64,000 nucleotides of DNA from positions 124,001 through 188,000 of the forward strand of contig CDMY01000466.1 in assembly GCA_001179505.1 (NCBI GenBank), given 5' to 3'. Positions within the stretch are counted from its first letter, which is position 1. Every line of letters begins with the position of its first letter. The translations under genes were made by a program, and so were the position numbers. Below, one piece after another: positions 60,801 to 64,000 of this stretch. The notes below the pieces were generated by a model. The model was given only the letters and a program-made list of their open reading frames with translations, ran no database searches and had not been told where the DNA came from. Source of the DNA: Vitrella brassicaformis CCMP3155 (taxonomy: Eukaryota > Protista > Chromerida).

Positions 60801-61454
60801 CGTGCTGGCTGTGACGAGCAGGGCCTTGCCCCCTTAGCAGCTGGGGGCAGTAGCAGTAGCAGTTTGGAGAGGGCGGTGGAGTCGGAGGGCCGCAGTGGTC
60901 AGCACAGGTACGTTTTGACGGACAGAGCAGCCGAGGAAGGGGGACGGGCAGACAGAAAATAGCCACTGTGCCTGTGTGTGTGGTTGCGTGTCTGCAGGTG
61001 TGGTGGTGAGGTCAGCGAGTTGGAGTTGATGCGCCAGCAGCTCGAGGCCATGCGGCTGAAGAACGAGGCCATAGAAAGGGAGAACAAGAGGTACGTGAGG
61101 CGACGCCACACACCCGACCTGCAGTGGTTGCATGCCCCTCTTTCGTGAGTGTCTGATGGGTGGTTTGCTGCCCACAGGCTGGAGGAGGAGCGCGAGAGCA
61201 CTGAGTGTGACATCTGCATGGCCTCAAAGAAGTCCATCGTACTCATCCCCTGCGTAAGACAGCTCACAGGCACAACGGCTCACCTGTCCCTCTCAGCCAT
61301 GCGCTGGCCACGTGTGTGTGTGTGTGTGTGTGTGCAGCGTCACTTCTGTCTGTGCGGTGGTTGTGCTGCGGCCTTGATGCGGCGTCCCGTAGACCAGCGG
61401 CTGTGCCCCAGGTGCCGACAGGCCATCACGGCCACTCGACACGTCTATCTGTGA
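57884..61454 (+). CDS. ARM-like helical protein with C-terminal C3HC4 RING (putative E3 ligase), apparent 1-nt deletion near 58300
   Basis: C-terminus CDICMASKKSIVLIPC|RHFCLCGGCAAAL..CPRCRQAI*. The N-terminal helical region aligns with the paralog at 62278. The frame breaks between LLHAAIP and NEGNAADYRDHCVQHHPA. Confidence 0.75.
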
Positions 61455-61906
61455 GTGCGGGGCCATGCTGTTAGCGACCTACTCGTCTGGTGCTACGACG
61501 CACGAGAGTCACATGCTGGCGGTTGGATGAGTGACATGCCGACAGACGAGCCCTTCATGTTGGGGGGCGGGTGTGGTGGGTGGGTGGCAGCTGTGTTTGC
61601 ATAGCATAGATGTGACTCACTGGCTGGCGGACTGAGAGAGAGGCGGAAATATGGTCGGCCGGCCGATCGATGTGTACAGACTTACTTACTTTCCCTGGCT
61701 GGCTGCCTTGCTGGCTGGCTGGCTGCTTCGTTCATCTCTCTGGTCACACGAATGACGCAACCTACAACACCGCTGACTGACTGATGACCCATGTTTGTGT
61801 ATGTGGAAGGGCCCACACATGCCGACACCTACAGATGCAGCAGGGGAGGTGATTGGCTTTCACGGAAGCATGGGCGACCAGCACGTCTGATCTAGAGTCA
61901 ATATGG

Positions 61907-61973
61907 CAGGGTCTCAAAACCCTAGACCCTCAAAACCCTTCCGCCTTTTAAAAGTGAAAGGTGGTCGTCGCAG
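61907..61973. promoter_or_regulatory. Telomere-like element CAGGGTCTCAAAACCCTAGACCCTCAAAACCCTTCCGC
   Basis: About 330 bp upstream of ATG 62278. Duplicate of 57587-57650. Confidence 0.55.
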
Positions 61974-62277
61974 CTCAAATCGCCGCAGGTGCTTGTCCCC
62001 AGCCGTCCATCTGCCAGGTCCATCTGGGTGGCGCCAGTGGGCGCTGGATGCAGCCGCACAGACCGCCCACAGTTCCGGCCTGCCAGCACCGATCCAGAGA
62101 TCCCGGCCTTTGGTCGATGGAGAGCGCAGCAGTCATCTGAATAGCTTTTGAGAGGTATGTTGCGGACGGAAACGGTGAACAAGACCACATTATGTAACTC
62201 ATTGCCCATCCATCTGCGTTGTGTTCCAGGGTGACAAATTCACTCTTTCATCCGTCGGTTGGCGGCCACCTGCTCGC

Positions 62278-64000
62278 ATGGATACTTCTCGTCGCCCCTT
62301 CGACATCGACGTGGCCATAGAGCACCTCTTGTCACCCGACCAGCTGCCAGATGCCACACTCGATAGGAGCCTCACTCAGGTGATCAAGTATGCCACAGCT
62401 GTAGCGAGCGGAGAACTGAGGTGCGGGGCCGTCGAGAAGAACCTCTTCGACCAGCGTCTGTTGCGGCGGCTGGTTGGCGCCATGACCGACGTCAGCAACA
62501 CGACACGCCGGGAGATGGCAGCGGTAGTGCTGAGGTGGCTGTGGAACCTAGAGGCCGACGCCGGCGCGCGATTCGCCGGGCGACTCATCTCAGCTCACGG
62601 CTCGCCCCGGAAACTCATCAGCGCCCTCGCCGCTGTGCTGCCGCAGCCCGAGGAGGAGGAAGCCGGCTTCACCCTGCTGACGAGCACCATGCGTAACGGA
62701 CGGCGCGAGGGCAATGCAGCCGACTATCGAGACTATTTAGTGCAGCACCACCCTGCCGTCCTCGAACGTGCTTTGGCGCGCGTCGAGGGGCTCGGGGAGG
62801 ACATGCCCGTTGGCGTCTTGGCGCTGGCCTTCGTGCGGTCGGTGTTTTGCACGGATGGTCGCGACGGCCCTCCCTTCCCGCCGAGTGTGGCCATGTCGAG
62901 CGGCTGCTGGTGGGTGCGGATCTTTCGGGTGATGGTGGTGGTCATGTCACGGTTGCCGGCCAAGACCCGAGAAAACATGTATGTGCTGACAGTGCACTAA
63001 ACCGCACTGCAGCAGTTCATCGGACCTGCTGTTCCTTGTCCTTCAGGTGCGATGTTGATGTCAGTGTTCTTTCTAGCGTTCGCATGCTGGCCACAGGGGC
63101 CGCCATGAAGCTAGAATCTGCGTTCGAAGAAGGTATTATGGCAGACAGACAGACACATAGACAGACAGACAGACAGACACCGTGTTTCATGGGATGCGGC
63201 GGCGTGTATCCATGAATCACCGAATCAGGGTCTGATGCTGATATCGTTGGGTACATCGATGCACTCCAACAGCACATCTACCCCTACGTCGACACGTTGG
63301 CCGCCACGCTCACCTCCGACGCAGACGAGCCAGTGCGGTACCGCGCTGCCTTGTGCCTCGACCACATCTTCCTCTCCTGCCTGGCTTTGCAGCATCGCAA
63401 AGGTACCACGGCAGTCACGCGTCTTTTCGCGAACCCCACATCTGTCAATTTCCGCATCTCTCTTCGCCCACGCATGCCGTTCTTTCACTACTGTCTGCAG
63501 ATCCCCTGAGCGACGGGCCTTGGCACCGTTTCATGCGAGTTCCCAGGGCGCTGGAGGCGTACGTTGCGGCCGTCAAGAAGGGCGCCAGGTGCACCAACTT
63601 TCTTGCGCCTGACTGCGTTTCTGTGCCAGTCGTCCTTGCCGGTGGGTGAGGAGGGATCGGCACACAGCAGCCAGTAGAGACAGCACAGCACATCAGGTCT
63701 TCTCATCCCCACTTGCTCATCCATCTGCGCTTCATCGATGTCTCAATTGCTGCAGAGTCTGGATTCCGGGACGACGTGTACCGTTCCGGATGGTTCGCAG
63801 TGCTGTCAGAGTTGGCCCCTGAACGACGCGTCCTCCTGCCGCAGATCGTCGGAAATGCCGCAGACCTCACTGTCGAGAGTGGGCGAGCCAAGGTGACAAT
63901 CGATCTAGGAGAGGCAGCGTTTCATGTCAGCAAGAGAGAGCAGTGGGGTGGGTGTCTGTTGTGTGTGGTGTATGGCTCGCAGATTGCCGTGCGTGACGGC
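62278..64000 (+). CDS. Tandem paralog of the ARM-like(/RING) gene, runs off the window end
   Basis: MDTSRRPFDIDVAIEHLLSPDQLP..VQHHPAVLE.., then YVDTLAATLTSDADEPVR and HRFMRVPRALEAYVAAVK, which match exons of 57884-61454. Confidence 0.75.

Noticed and set aside
1-64000. tRNA, rRNA, transposase, reverse transcriptase or viral genes
   Set aside because: No cloverleaf, rRNA-like segment or RT/DDE/integrase motifs recognised by eye. A tRNAscan/Infernal run would be needed to exclude small RNAs.

Overview
Eukaryotic, GC-rich, intron-dense nuclear DNA. Introns are short GT-AG types full of (CA)n/(GA)n/(CTGT)n microsatellites, and there are four 300-N scaffold gaps. Gene content includes a nucleus-encoded Psb28 with a bipartite plastid leader, a short apicomplexan-style Tom22, a helical-repeat organellar RNA-binding protein and lineage-expanded F-box-like and ARM-RING families. 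This points to a photosynthetic alveolate, most likely the chromerid Vitrella brassicaformis (inference). Recognisable genes in order: acyltransferase-3 (NolL-like), DUF1995/LPA3-like, F-box-like family member (frameshifted), HPR/RAP-like protein, TDP2, SLC22-like MFS transporter, large low-complexity protein, OMA1, TOM22, beta-lactamase-family serine hydrolase, APC polyamine/amino-acid transporter, HYR-domain secreted protein, Ala/Gly-rich Cys-motif protein, Psb28, PTC7-type PP2C, intronless F-box-like protein and two tandem ARM-like(/RING) paralogs. The most unusual part is about 25-40 kb, a minus-strand mosaic of shuffled, tandemly repeated and partly decaying exon modules. These are KH domain + SUZ motif + an unnamed VDVxAAxRxIRxxT motif, an unnamed ~45-aa repeated domain, and F-box-like and Cys-motif segments. 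Other notable items are a split telomere-like palindrome (AGGGT-N3/4-AAACCC) at five gene-upstream sites, a 128-nt hairpin and many compact head-to-head gene pairs. All exon structures were assembled by eye, and no database searches were run.
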